Positions 23,101 through 36,760 of a DNA stretch of 59,615 nucleotides are shown in pieces. Below the pieces are notes generated by a model. The model did not search any database. It worked only from the letters and a program-made list of their open reading frames with translations, and was not told the origin of the DNA. Numbering within the stretch: position 1 is the first letter of the stretch; each line of letters starts with the position of its first letter. Origin of the DNA: Bigelowiella natans CCMP2755. Taxonomy: Eukaryota; Protista; Cercozoa. Location of the stretch: contig ADNK01002659.1 of the NCBI GenBank assembly GCA_000320545.1, positions 1 to 59,615 on the forward strand, given 5' to 3'. Both the position numbers and the translations under genes were made by a program.

Positions 23101-23672
23101 CTAAAATCGGAATAGTTAACCCCCTCTACGCGACAAAGGAGCCCACGACCACTCAACCGACGGGTGAGGAGGACTCGAAGTTCTTTCGAAAGGAGCTTGA
23201 GGCTCAGCGAGAGGGGTGGAACTTGACTGCGAAGGCATACAAAAGCATGGCCGAGCATATTCACCATGTGCAAGACAACGCTGGCGATTATCTCCGACAC
23301 TACGATCTTGATGGAAATGGCGTACTGGACAAGAAGGAGCTGAAGATGGCTGTTGACCAAGACCCAGTGCTCGCAGAGTTCCTCGGTATTGATCCCTCAA
23401 AGCCAGGCGAATTCGATACTATGTTTGCAGAGATCGACAAGGACGGGTCGGGCACTATAAACGTGGAGGAGTTCGATGAAGCCGTACGCCAGCATAAGAG
23501 CGAGAAGAAGGCAAAGGACACTGTCAATCTCACGGTGGGCTGGCTGGATGTTGCGCGGCCTGTTAACAAGCAAAGGGTATTTCAGGGTAAGAATAGCGAC
23601 GAGATGAAGATGCCCGAGATTAACAACATTGAAGAGTGGAAGGCTTTTAGCTCAAAAAGCTACGACGCGTGA
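17126..23672 (+). CDS. Large Gly-rich (GxxG-repeat) protein with a central beta-rich region and two C-terminal EF-hands
   Basis: Lys/Asp/Glu low-complexity N-terminus, then many GxxG exons (GGRGGVGGIGGNGGRGGKG, GDGGDGTNGGPGGKAGQGG), then YDKDGNGLYGPGSKIV..NFGALTCP. Long exons at 20510-22249 and 22470-23672. EF-hand loops DLDGNGVLDKKE and DKDGSGTINVEE. Confidence 0.75.
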
Positions 23673-24464
23673 TGTTGCTGGTGCACGCGAATGATGAGGA
23701 ATTTCCTCTTTGACCTCTTGATTAAGTTGATTCGATTACTTTAAACTGATGCTCTGGATGTGCAATGCACATTGTCCCATCTTGCCATGTCCATTTATAC
23801 AAGATATCAAATTTCACATTGCTTTTGTGGCTTTTGGTCGCTCAAGAAAAGCAGTTGCGGGCACATTATTGTAGCATGTTGACGAAAAATTCGTACGTCT
23901 AGCCAGCTAGACATGTCGTCCATTGTTACACATCTAGTCAGCAAGATCATGCATTAGTCTTCATGCATGCAGATCTAGCTGGATATATGCTAGCCTCACT
24001 AGCTCATCTACTTCATGCTAGCATGACGGCAGGATCTCTAGATCTCTAATGTGGAACTAACATGTTATCAATCGTTTTCACCATTGCATCATGCAACCAC
24101 CGTAACGCATGGTAGCATGTCCAGATCTAGAGATGTACATGTCCATTGTGCATGACGGACAGGCTACATCATTTCATGTTGATGTCTAATAAGTGCAGCA
24201 CCGGCGCCAACGACTGCATGAATCAGTGCGTGCATGCACGTACGCACCATGTTTATGCATCATGAATAAATTTATGAAGTGCAAAATTCACAGCGTAATA
24301 AATCATAAACTTTAAACAAACGAATTCGCCGATACTATGAGCCGTCTGCATATTTAATACGATGAACTAGATGAAATGGCTGGCTGCGCATGTAAAACCT
24401 GCACAACTGGATAAAGGCACGTATGTTTCTACACACACACATACACACACACACACACACACAC

Positions 24465-24495
<31 letters not shown>

Positions 24496-24605
24496 AGTCT
24501 ATCTTCATTGTTGTAGCGGTGGCAACAAAGGTCGCACATTTTCCACTACGAGATGTCATCGTTCTGATCAACAACACCGTTGTTTTGCTATGACGACATA
24601 TACAC

Positions 24606-25738
24606 TTACAGCACGAGCTTCACAACGTTATCCTTTGAGGTGAAAGCTGGTTTCCCGAGATACGGGCACGTGCTGCATCGGAAGGCGTCACCAAGACCGC
24701 AGTTCCCACATGCCGATTTAGGCTCGGCGTTCGGGTCAATCTCTTGTTCCTGAGCATCGATGAGGGGTTTAAAATGAGGTGGTGGCTCCATTCATACAAT
24801 ACTACTCTCTTGCGGGTTCAAAACTACTGCTCTCAGTATGAAAATTACCTCTTTCAGGCCGCAGGTGCAGTCCTTGCATGCCTTGCGTTTTCCGCCAGGC
24901 CCGGTGCCACAGTCTTTGCTGTTCTTGTCTTTCACATTTGTGGGGGCGGCAATGTCCACCTTATCGACTTCTCGGTCCAATAAACTGGACAATACGTATA
25001 CATAAATCTCATCGTGATAAAGTAACAAGAGAATAATGCCCCGGATCTTAGATCAGAAGAATTTCGAAAATACTACAGAACAGCGTAGTGATGCAATATT
25101 TCTAGTCCCACACTATTTCCTATTTCCTCCACTCGTTGCACCATCCCCACTCTAATTAGGCCTTCTACTCCCACGCCCCTTTAATTTTCGTTGTCGAAAC
25201 CTATCTTCATCCTCGAGCTCCACGTCCTCTTCAGCAAGGTCATCATCTCCAAGAGCCCACACGCTTGCTTTTTTTTTCTCCTCCTGCCGTATTCTAGCGG
25301 TATCTTCCTTCGGTGCCACCGTCTTCTTGAATTTTTTAGCAGCGCCCAGTTTGAATGCAGGCTTCTTTGCGCTCACGGACTTCTTGGCCTCATCTGTCTT
25401 GATGTCTGTGAATCCTCCAAATAAAAGACTTCTCTCGACTGCTGGTAGATCGCCGGAGGTGCACATCGTTACGGTCGCACTGGGGCTCATCGTTCTCAAG
25501 AGATTGGCCATGTATGGTGTACCAAAAGGCTTTGGAGTTGAGATCCAAACCTATAGTTAATTCAACATCAATGTCACTCTAGACATGTGGCGTTTAAATC
25601 TTAGACCTGTTCGAATGTGTTGTCCGTTGCAGAGGTGAGCTTCGATTGATCTTCACTGCCCCATTTCACGGCAGATCCTGGAAGCTTCTCCGGAAATGAT
25701 ATAGAACTATCGAGGTGAAGAAATAGCTGCTGTGCCAT
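24606..25738 (-). CDS. DRE2: Anamorsin/Dre2, cytosolic Fe-S cluster assembly protein
   Basis: N-terminal MTase-like part (..[10 protein letters not shown]..), acidic linker ([20 protein letters not shown]), and both Cys motifs: [20 protein letters not shown] and [26 protein letters not shown]. Confidence 0.95.
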
Positions 25739-26383
25739 TTTCCTTTTTTCGTTACTCTTCCTAACATTGACATATGTTCATATGGTGAAGATTGGAAAAC
25801 TTTGTATCAAAATAATAGGAAGAAAATGTTAATCATATTCGTATTCTCTTACATTGCCCTCATCTAAAAAAAACAGAGATCTATTTTATGTTCTTTCGAA
25901 AGAACGCCTCTGGTAAATTTTCTTCGTAGAATAGACTTTTGGAAAAACTCGAATTCTGTCCCTTCGTCATCAGTTTCGAATGTTTTAATCTGTTCCCCGC
26001 TCTCAATTAGAGGCCCTACTCTTCAAAGCTAACTCCCTAATCCTTAATGAAGGTGATGGTGATGAAGGGCTACCGAGCGGGTTCTAGAAAGCTTCCCACG
26101 GAACCCAAACTAAGGACCGAAAAATAATTTAATTCCTTTTCTTTTTAAGATCAACCGAGCCTTCCATATTTACCTAGAAAACGAGAAACACTGACCATTT
26201 TATCTGATAATAATTCAATTCAGAAGTCGTAAGAGAGTAAGTTTCAGGTAGATTTCGACGATGCCAGTAGATTGAGTTTTAAAAAAATAATTATTCGGGT
26301 TTTTCGGCGCAGCTTCCTCAAATACCCGGAAGATAAAATCCCTGGCCGTGCACTTGCCCTATGCCAACAATCAGCACAAGAAG

Positions 26384-29300
26384 ATGATGAGGCCAAGATC
26401 CAGGCCAGGGGATCCTGGGCGTGTCAGTTATCGTCAATGGATCCTTTGTGTTTTTACTTTGAACGTGGCGTTGGTCCTTCTCAATGAATGGCCGAATGTT
26501 AGTCTATCGGCCGTTAGTCCATGCAAGGAGAGGCAGACATCCAACCGTGCCAGATTTGAATCCTATTGTAAGGACCAGGGTGTCGTTCATGATCATGGTA
26601 TGAAAAACGTTTGTAAGAGTTTGCAGGGCAGTGAAAAATTCATTCGAATGCATCTTGTTTATCAGAGTTGCAGGAGTTCATGTCTGCTATCACAAGGTCA
26701 GCCACCATCTTCTTATCATATTAAATGGTCGAGCGAGATAGAAAAACTCAATCTTCACAGGCAACTCCCTCGATCGTTCCGGTTGACAGCCGTTGAACCA
26801 ATTCGAAGCATATTGCTTCGGCAGGTTTGGCTTAATCATCGATTATATCGCCCTCTTTCATGAAGGCACTCATCATTCACATCACCCCGCTCTATCGTGA
26901 ATATATAGCTCCAAAGAAGAACGACGGCCAGCAATAGTACAATTAGAAGTGCACCTGCGCACAGGGCCAATGATTCTGGTTGTTGGGCGTCATTTCTCAA
27001 GGGAGTTTCATGGTATCCGGAAGGCCTCGCATGGAAAGTACCTCTAGCAGGTTTGACATCGAGACTCTACGAAGCTATCATACGCTTTTAAACGGCAGAT
27101 GTCATTTTGATTTATCGTCCCATGATACTACAGGTAGCTGTAACGCTAGCCAGGAAGCCACGCAGCTTGGCCACAATCGAACACGAAAGCACATAATTCG
27201 CTCACAGAAGCGCGGAACTGAGGACTACCAAAGGTGCAGTCTTCTCCCACTCCCAAGCATAAGCTCGTGTCCTTTACTAGAGCTGCAGACACCCCCTCCT
27301 CCCCTTCGACAGTTGCTTGAACGTTTTGAGAAGGATTCCGTGTGGCGTTATTACACCGTAGATGGCTGGAGAGGCATTCGGATTGCGGGCGACTCACGCA
27401 GGTAACACCAGGCTCTTTTGATTGTGATTGAGGCCATCTCGGAGAGGCAAAACAACATTTGTCTTCGTATTATTAGCAAGAACTGGCCTCTATGATTCCC
27501 CCGTTGGTTGTTGACCCTGCCCCGTCTGATTGGGTAGTATACAGATATACAGATGCAAAGTGGGAGTCGGGGGGGGGGGGGGAGAGATTGATCCGCTAAA
27601 GGGATTTTTATTTTTCGGCCACGTTTTCACATGTTTCTTCATCTATTTTTTTCTCTCGCCACTCTCGTAAAAGTTGAAACGCCTCCGTGCTACCCACCTA
27701 TTTTATAACCCCATGCCGTAGTTATTCCGTGCATGCTGAGTAGCCGTGAACACATTCACATCATCATCATCATCATCATCATCATCATTGTGATCGTTAC
27801 ACGAAGAGCATATTATTAAGGTACTAGATCTCTGTGCATCCCCCGGTTCAAAGACATCCCAGCTCTTGGACATGATGCGGGCAGCGAAAGGTAAGCGAGA
27901 TAAAATGTAAAACACGCACGCACGCACGCACACAACGATGACGTACGCTCATTTTGGATGTGACTTGTTGACCATCATAATACATTTTAATGCCTTTTCA
28001 TAGGTGGAATTGAAGAGGCCTCGGGGGTGCTTGTCGCTAACGAGCCGTACTACTGCTGCTGCTGCTGCTTCTGCGTTTCTGAAAACGACTTAGAAATGCA
28101 TTGATAGCCTCGTAAAGAAATAATAACAGCGGGTGGTTTGCATTGGGATTGCCATTCGTTTTAATTTCAACTTTCACTGGGAAAAAAAAAAAAAAACATC
28201 ACTATTTGATTAAAGGGTAGAAGGCGAGACAGCTCTCCCGCCGCCCCTCTTGACCTTACACTGTTTTTTGAAAAGGTCCTCTTCCTTTTAAAAATTCTCT
28301 CTTTTTCCTACTCCCCTACACAGCTCCTTCAGCAGGGCGAAGATCCTCGTTCACCAGCTGCATCGATTGAAAGGTTGGTTATCGCCAACCCCCTCCCCAC
28401 CCGCGTGCTCCAATTTCTATATCTACATCGTATCCGCGCACTGCTACTAATTTGGAAGAAATTGTTTAATCACCTTATTGGCGATGCTGCTCTGTCGTGT
28501 TTTAGGAATTGAAAAAGTCATCGTAACTTCCTCAGACGCCAGGTATAAAAGCGCCATATCGTACGCGCCCAGCTCCTCCTGTAGTCATTACTTTCTGTCA
28601 CGACTTAGCATTAGTCGTCACGAGAAGTGCTGCCTTGCACACCGTGTATTTATGATTGTATCGATATTCAGACTCTTTTTCCAATGGAGAAGTGAGAAGC
28701 TTCTCTCCTCTCTGCAGATATGTGACGTTGCCTGCTGATTTCCTTAAACAACTCTTGGTAATCTAACCGTAGATCATTTCCCCTGCGAGTGCAATTTGAT
28801 AAGATTCTCTGCGACGTCCCTTGCACGGTACACTTGAAGAGGGGGGGATAGGATGCAGAACTAACTCTTGTTGTCAAAGCAAGGAACATCTCGTGCTTTT
28901 GGTTGGTATTAGTCCTAATTTATTTCCCTTGAAATACGGTTTTGTTGCGACGAATGCCTCGGCTACATGGACGCCCACACGCCAGTGCGATGGAACGATA
29001 GGTATATCCCGCGCGGAGCTGTCGGACTAAACATGCACGTGCAGATTTTGTCCAATATCAGTTTGAGATGTATATCACTTCTCAGGGAAAAATGCGAACC
29101 TCCTCGACGAGTGGAGATCATTCGATGGTTTGCACATTAACTTCATACTTACATTGCAACAACAGCGGCGGCGTGCAGAAATAGGCTATATCCCGCGACT
29201 GCTGTTCAAACCTTGCACTCTCCTCAACTGTCCTTGATCACTTGTTAAAATGCATTAAAAGGGGAGGCCATCCACAAACTCCAGCTCGACATCTTGCGAC

Positions 29301-29466
29301 AGGCAGCAAAGCTTTTGCTCCCGGTAACATAGCCGTTCATCGTTGAGCAGGGAGGGGGCAATTAAGACAGGGTGGGGGTGGGAAGTAGACATTTCATCCA
29401 CAATATCGCCAATGTCATTTCTCGCTCATGAAATGAGATTCATATTTCTTCTAAACCAAGCTGAGA

Positions 29467-29517
<51 letters not shown>

Positions 29518-29573
29518 AATTCTAAACCCAATATCAATAATGCTAAGTCCATTATCGCCACCACCATCGTCAT

Positions 29574-29619
<46 letters not shown>

Positions 29620-31702
29620 GCGATTGTCTATACATTCCTGTGGAACAACATCAAAGGGCGGCAGGATCATCTACTCGACATGCTCACTGAATCCTCTTGA
29701 GAACGAAGCAGTTGTAGCTGCCTTTTTGCGCGAGTCGCAGGGCGCCTTTCGCCTCCAAAACCTCTCCTCCGTGCTGCCCCCCGAGTTGCGATGGAGCCCG
29801 GTATAGGGGGACGGGGAGGGGATAGGAGAACTAGAATCAAATTCAGAAGGAAAGAGTACAATGCTCACGTAGTATTCGAGTTTCAGCCTTTTGGTGTTTG
29901 AGTCGTCTGTGAAGTCTTCAATTTCGATTCGTTGTGAGGATGCATCTATCTTGTACGATCAATACGATCAATCTTCCTCTGCCCTCCCGCTTTTGGGCCT
30001 GTCGTTCGTTCTTTCCTTGACACTAGAATCATTAGTTGTCCGTTGGTTTAATTCTTCGATACTTTCCTCTCCTCCTCTTCAAAAAGGGCCTCCCAACTTG
30101 GAAATATCCGTCTGTATCGCCAGAGGAGATTTCTCGAAATTTGAGTAGCAATAGCAGTACTTTTATCGCAGCAAAGCACGCCACAATGATTCCTCCTCAA
30201 GTGAGAGAATTCCAAGGGGATCAGAGCTTGGAGTTGTGCGCTCGTCTACTTCCTCATCGCACGGAAACCAGCGGTAAATAATTGTGGGTCGTTTTTCTGA
30301 GCGAGACGTATGTGTCAAAGCAAGAGGGGTCATCAACTTGTGCTCACATTCGAATTTTGCAACGATCCATCACTAATCCTTCTTCTACTACACCGCATAT
30401 AGGTTTCTTTATCGCTTCGTTGGAACGACGCGAAACGCATGATGATAACATGCGCAACAAAGCCGAAGGCGCTATTGACCTGCTGCCAAAAGATAACGTG
30501 GTCTCCCCTTCTATCGAAGCAGAAGAACCTGTTAAATCGCATTCCTCCTTCACAGTGAACAACAGTTCTGATGATCATCGTCCTGGATTTGGCGGCTGTA
30601 GTAATGAAACCGATGCCGAAACCAGGCCATTTGGTGTTTCAGAGAGTCTTTGGAAGCATCTTTCCCCCACCAGCCGGCGACGTGTCATCTCTTATTCTCT
30701 GCGAAAGGGGCTCGGCACTCGAAACTCCTCTCAAGAGATACAACGACAACAAAGGAAGGAACATAACAGCTCTAATGTAAAGGGCAGGGACAGCGTTATC
30801 AGCAACGAGTTTGTTCGCGTCAATAGACAGAGATTCATAATGCTGCACAACGATTCGTCAGTGGCCGCACGAAGTTTGTGGGAGGAGTTTCGAGTCCAAA
30901 GGTGGGGTTTTCAAAGCGGTGATTGTGCTAGTCTTGCGATGCTGGGTAGTAAAAAGGACAGGCATGGGTCGCGACAAGTCCAAAATATTATGATAACTTT
31001 ACACGTCGTTGTTTCCTCGGCTATTTTTAGCACTTCGGACCGGCTTTGGGGTTCAGATGTGAAAACAGGTATTCTCGCCTCTACGTCCATTCTTCCCTCA
31101 TACCCTCCTTTTCAATTGCTGATGGGAGGAGTGAAGCTTTGTCCAGATGTTCTCCGCTTTTGTGAGCTCCTGCTCTTTGTCAAAGGCGCATCATTGAGGC
31201 ATCCGCTCAATTATCTTCGCCTTACTTTTTTTAACATCAGGCTTTCCACGAAAGATATACTGCGTAAGCGAGGACGTTGGTAATGCATATGGTCGTCAAT
31301 ATGAACTTACAAATGTCTTCTCTTGAGGCAAGGACGCTGATGAGTGTTCTTGACAACCGATCCAGGCTCGATTTTAAAGCATATCGGTGCGGTTCGTTTC
31401 AATATCTTTTCAGCCGGTGGGTTAAGTCCTTAGCACAGGCATCGCCAACATCACGCCATCTTCGTTCTTCATAGAATATCTTCTTGTTGTGTTTTGCGTA
31501 TTCTTAATTCATATGCCCTTTGAAATGCGGGTTTTCTACGGCATTGGGCGGATAGGAGTGGAGGCCTTCATCGTAACCTCTTACAAGGTCGCAACGTTTG
31601 CACAGTAATTAGAGCAAATTTAACGAATTTATGAAGACTCGCTCTTCCTCGGTTCATTCACACAAATATAGCATCTTTTTGTGCCACTAAACATACTTGC
31701 GA

Positions 31703-31744
<42 letters not shown>

Positions 31745-32800
31745 AAAGGTTCCAAACGTGGACCCTGAAGACACGTCACCCTGGAGGAAAAAGACTGTAT
31801 ATAGATGTACGGAGAGAGGTGCAGAGATTTGTGGTCGGGATTTTACTACCTCTACTACTGAAAGCAGTAAGGAGGAAAGAGGCTTGCAGACGACGCAAGG
31901 ATCATTCATCGCTCCTAGCGATGTTAAAGATACACGGAGAATCATAGGAATGAAACCACTTGAGCTTTGCTGTTTGCTGATGGCGCAAAACGGGTTTTCA
32001 AAAGAGGCGCTGCGACGTCTCCGGTTTGATGATGGGTTCATAGAAGACCTAGGTACCGCCTCCTCCCCCTTTGCCTACCATGCCAATACGATAGTTTCTT
32101 CAATGCAGGGTTGTAACACACGAGTGTTAAAATGAGGGGAAGCGCTATGAGTTCTACGTTTTCGCGCGACATCGAATCATATCGAATTAGAGAACTTATC
32201 GCCGCCATTGCATTCTCCTTTAAACTACAGAGACCATGAGTGCTGGCCCAGGACTTGGGTACGTGAAGGCAAAAAAGACAATGTCCAACGATCGATCGGC
32301 CGATATTTGCAGCGCGATGAGAGCAGTAAGTGTCGAGGGCTCGGAGGTGTCTTCATTCCCTTGCGTCCCAATATGGATTAGCCCCTCCAGATCAGTATCC
32401 GTGTTTCTCAGCAGGGTGAGGCATCGACTCAGTTCGCTCATTCTATCTCTGTCTTTATGTTGTTTGTGTGTGTGTGTGTGTTGAATATATGTGCGTGTAT
32501 CTGGCGAGCTTAATAGTTACGTCGCTCGTGTTTTTGACACCACTTTAGAACGCAAGGATGGGGCTGCTAGATTTTATCCTCGAGGCATACCCAATGCTAT
32601 TATCTGAGTTGAGGAGGGTTATCGATTTGGCTTCTAAGAGATCTCCAGACAGATCGCCACCAGAATCGCAAGAGGAGCAGCAAAAGGAGAAGAGGGACGT
32701 CGCAGCTACTCCCAGCGATGATGATCTGGGATCGGAATTGTTCCAGGCGTTTTCAGAGGTTTCATGTCAGCGCGAACTTTCGCTACTTGGGGCTACGTGA
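26384..32800 (+). CDS. NSUN2: NSUN2/Trm4-like RNA (cytosine-5) methyltransferase with an N-terminal signal-peptide-like extension
   Basis: Spliced motifs in order: [55 protein letters not shown]|[47 protein letters not shown]|FFIASL. Confidence 0.88.
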
Positions 32801-33204
32801 TGCGTGTGTGCAAAGGAGAGGGGTATTTGTAGTTAGATACAGCCCCGTCATGTTGTACCGCCAGCATCGCCCAATGCACTTGTCTAGAAGTGTCTGAACT
32901 TTATTTGTATAAAATGAGACAGAAAAACAGCTCTCTACGTCGTTACACGGCATGTGGCGCTATTAGCAGGGTTATGATTTGCTATGAAGTACATCTATTT
33001 TCTTATAAGAATGTGTGTATAACATATGATGACAACTGCACACATGTGAGCAAACATGTGTAGTCATGGTGGTGAATCTACTCAATCGCTGCTTGTAAGC
33101 TATACTCGCTCTGCACTTGCTTTCGCAGAAGCAAAAAGTGCTATTCAAGTTATACAAGTGGCCATGCACAAGTATATGACTTAAAACGTCTTTGATAAGA
33201 GACT

Positions 33205-33647
33205 TTACATGGCAGCAGAGGCTGGTTTTGTAAGAGTGTCGTCATACAATCCGCTGTCGCGCAGATCACTTAACAACTGCAGATGCTCGTCTATGCTTGC
33301 AATTGAGTTGGCAGCATTAATTCCTGATGCCGCCACAGCTGGTACTGTCAGGATATCATTGCAAAAAGAACATAGTGAAGTAAGTTTGCTTACACCCTCT
33401 GTCAAACAAAGATGGGGACTCGTTAATGTGCACATACACACACGCGCGCGCACACGTGCGCGCACATATTGAATTGATATACCTCCAACCCCAGGAAAAC
33501 ACGAATCACCGCAGCGCAAGAAGCCTTCGATCTTAGATAAGTAGGAAACATAACAAGCGCGTATATATCAAAGCAGCAGTTTCTCGAAGCTATAAGGGGT
33601 GGTATTAAATATGTGATAACTATTGATGATAAAATGGGAAAACAAAA

Positions 33648-33687
<40 letters not shown>

Positions 33688-34675
33688 CAGTCGACGCGGC
33701 TGAACCACCAGAACTACTCCTCGCTAACGGCGAGAGAGTCTCTAAATTCACCTGCGTCTTTGCACCGGGAAAGGAGGCCTTTCCCGCTGGAATATTCGGC
33801 CCATACGCTCCCTTATGCCTTCGTAGGAACCGCTCGTGCGTCAACGGGCTTGCTGTCATATTAGCGCCCTTTATTACCTGCGACAACGACGATAAAAGAG
33901 CTATGATCATAGCAGCCCACGATGCGTTAATGTTTAATTCCTCGCTACTCCATGATTGAATACCCTTTGTTTTATGTCGGGAATCGACTTCTCCAAGGCC
34001 TCCCAGAGGACTGCGCTTCTGCGCGACAACAAGTAAGTAGTAGCAGCAAGCTGAGCGACTCGATGGCGACGGTACCGCGGATACCACAAGAAACAATAAA
34101 CGCAAAAACACCGCAGCAGTAGCAGCAGCAGCAGCAGCCAGGTGCACCCTCTCGCACCGCCGATTTTTCTCGCACCATCGACTCTCTCCCCAACCCCACC
34201 TCTCTTCCTTGAGGCGTTCGTAAGATGCCTTGTCCTTCACGTTGGGCGATGTGTAGATGTCATATGGCTCATTTCCAGCAAGGTAGGCATGGACTACGTG
34301 ATGGCCTTCAGGAGCGAGTGACGGGTCCAGGAGCGACGGTATTGACACCACGATCTGCATGGATGAATGAAACGAGCCATGGGTATAGTCAAAGCGACCA
34401 GTTTTGAGTCCGGAGATAGCACCAATAGCAATATGCAGCACTGCTATTCTCGGATTGCAGCTCTCGTTTGTTTGGGATTATTCTCTATCTAACGTGCTCG
34501 TGTGTTGGGTTGGCGAGTGGTGTGCGCACATACGAGGTTACGCTCGGCGTCGATCGGCCTGTCCCAGTCCTGTACGACAACCTGGTGCGGCTCCAAACCG
34601 CTTGTATCGAGGCCCTCGGCAGATATCCCTGATAGGAAGAGGATGGGGGGGGCAATCAAGTCCTTCACGGAAGAT

Positions 34676-34716
<41 letters not shown>

Positions 34717-34864
34717 ATTAGATCCTGCGGTGGTACGAACCAAGATGTAGGTGTGATATGCTGTTTGTGGGGGCAATGCTGTCGGCGTAGGACGTGAACT
34801 CCCGTGCTCTGAGAGTATGGGAAAAGAAACGCATCATGCCAATCATCTAGTGTTGGTGCGTATT

Positions 34865-34900
<36 letters not shown>

Positions 34901-35111
34901 GTATTTGTTTGATTATGCGACGGTATGAGCTCCGCCATGGGCTATCGAAAAGCCGTGTTGAAGGAGAAAGAACTCTTCACGTTTTCTTTCAGGGGCAATT
35001 CTACTAGTATACATGCCAGCGCCTCTCACCCACCCCTTAGAGTGCGTAGTTTGACTTCGTAGCAGGTCAGCTGTATTCCACAATGGCGCGTTGGAAACCT
35101 ATCATATATAT

Positions 35112-35151
<40 letters not shown>

Positions 35152-36716
35152 GAAAATAAACATATCTGTTTTCTAACCTCCCCCCCCCCCCCGTTTATTT
35201 CATCCTCTTTATGAAAACCTACCACCGCCTCGGAGGCAAAGATCTTCTCCCCGTTTGATAACACCACGCCACGTGCTCTTCATTATGATAATCAGAAAAT
35301 TAAACAGAAGCACATTTGAATCTTCAAGTCCCTATGATATACCCCCCCCCCCCCCCCCCTTCAAATATCCCCGTGCTATATTACCGATTGCCATCATCAA
35401 CAATGATATGATCAACGTGTGATTTTAGCCGTATCTGCCCGCCATTCTTCTCCAGCCCTTTACGAGAACAAACGGTGTGAAATAACAAATATATTCGAAA
35501 GTTCTGGGCTAGGGTATTACACAGAAAATATTGTAGCATATCGGCGTTCTGTCGCTTTCTTGTATGTAGCACACGCGGCTTTAGCGGTGAGGTTAGATAT
35601 TTGCGATGCAAAATGCGAATTAAATTGTTGATTATTGCATGCAGCTATGAAGAAACGGCACGCTCGCTGCTCTATAGCGACAAAATTCAATGAACGTTTC
35701 GTATGCATGCTTTTGCCATATGCGATGGCAACCAAAGCGCTCTCTGCAATACCTCTGACCAGAGTATCCACAATAGCCCTCCCCCCGCCTTTCGGAGCAT
35801 CTAAAACAGCACCTAAGGACAGCAACCGTGAATGTCCTGTGAATATACCGAGCTTCGCAGAATTCCTCTCTCGCTCGCTTTGTATTGTGATAATACTAAT
35901 AACTATTAACCAGAGCGTAAGGGATAAAACATTTATGAAATCCCCGTCCGCTCCCCCCCCCCCCCGCCCCCGGCCCTTTGTCGTCTCACCCCCTTTGTGC
36001 ATCTCGCCGAGCATGTAGATCACAGCCGCGGCTGTGGTGCCGTCAGCAGGAAGTCCGCAAAGCGCGAAGGCAAGGAAGTTGAGCCAATTGTAGAGGAACT
36101 ATTATATTTGATGGCGGGTAAGGCGATCGATGATGATAAGAAGCAAGAGGAGGAGGGCGGACAAAAATACTATCAGAGGAGAAGTAAGGAGAATGAGGAG
36201 AAGTCTCTTACTTTGTTGGTTACTGTTCCTTCTAGGATAGAGTCCAAAGGCCCAGCCACTGATGCCGTCGCAGGCCCTAATAATTGCAGATTGTCAGCTT
36301 AGTACTCCCTTCAATTTGTATGGCTACTTCAGGATTTTCCACCTGGTTTTAGGAGGGCTGGAAGGTACCTGATGAGGAATGGCAATGATGATGGAAATGA
36401 TGATGATGAGACACAAGAATATATCGATCAGTATGAGGATAATTATAACGATGCGACGGCCATTAATTGATAGTAAAAGCCCCATTTAATCATATGCGAA
36501 GGACTGATTATAACGATGCTCATATCTACCTAAAAATCGTTCGAACAACGTTCAAATCTGAGCGCATAACTAATGGCGGCAGGGAGGATGAGCTCTCATG
36601 CAAAGGCCCGATCTTAAAGATGTTGTAACAGATTTCAGCATTATCAAAAGACTATTCACAGCAAGAAACTATAAATTTTGAAAGAAAGAGAAAGCGTGTA
36701 TTTGTGTATGCGTGTG

Positions 36717-36760
<44 letters not shown>

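Noticed and set aside
33209-33472. Plus-strand ORF as the last NSUN2 exon
   Set aside because: The minus strand here encodes the conserved CRTISO-like C-terminus (VPAVAASGINAANS).
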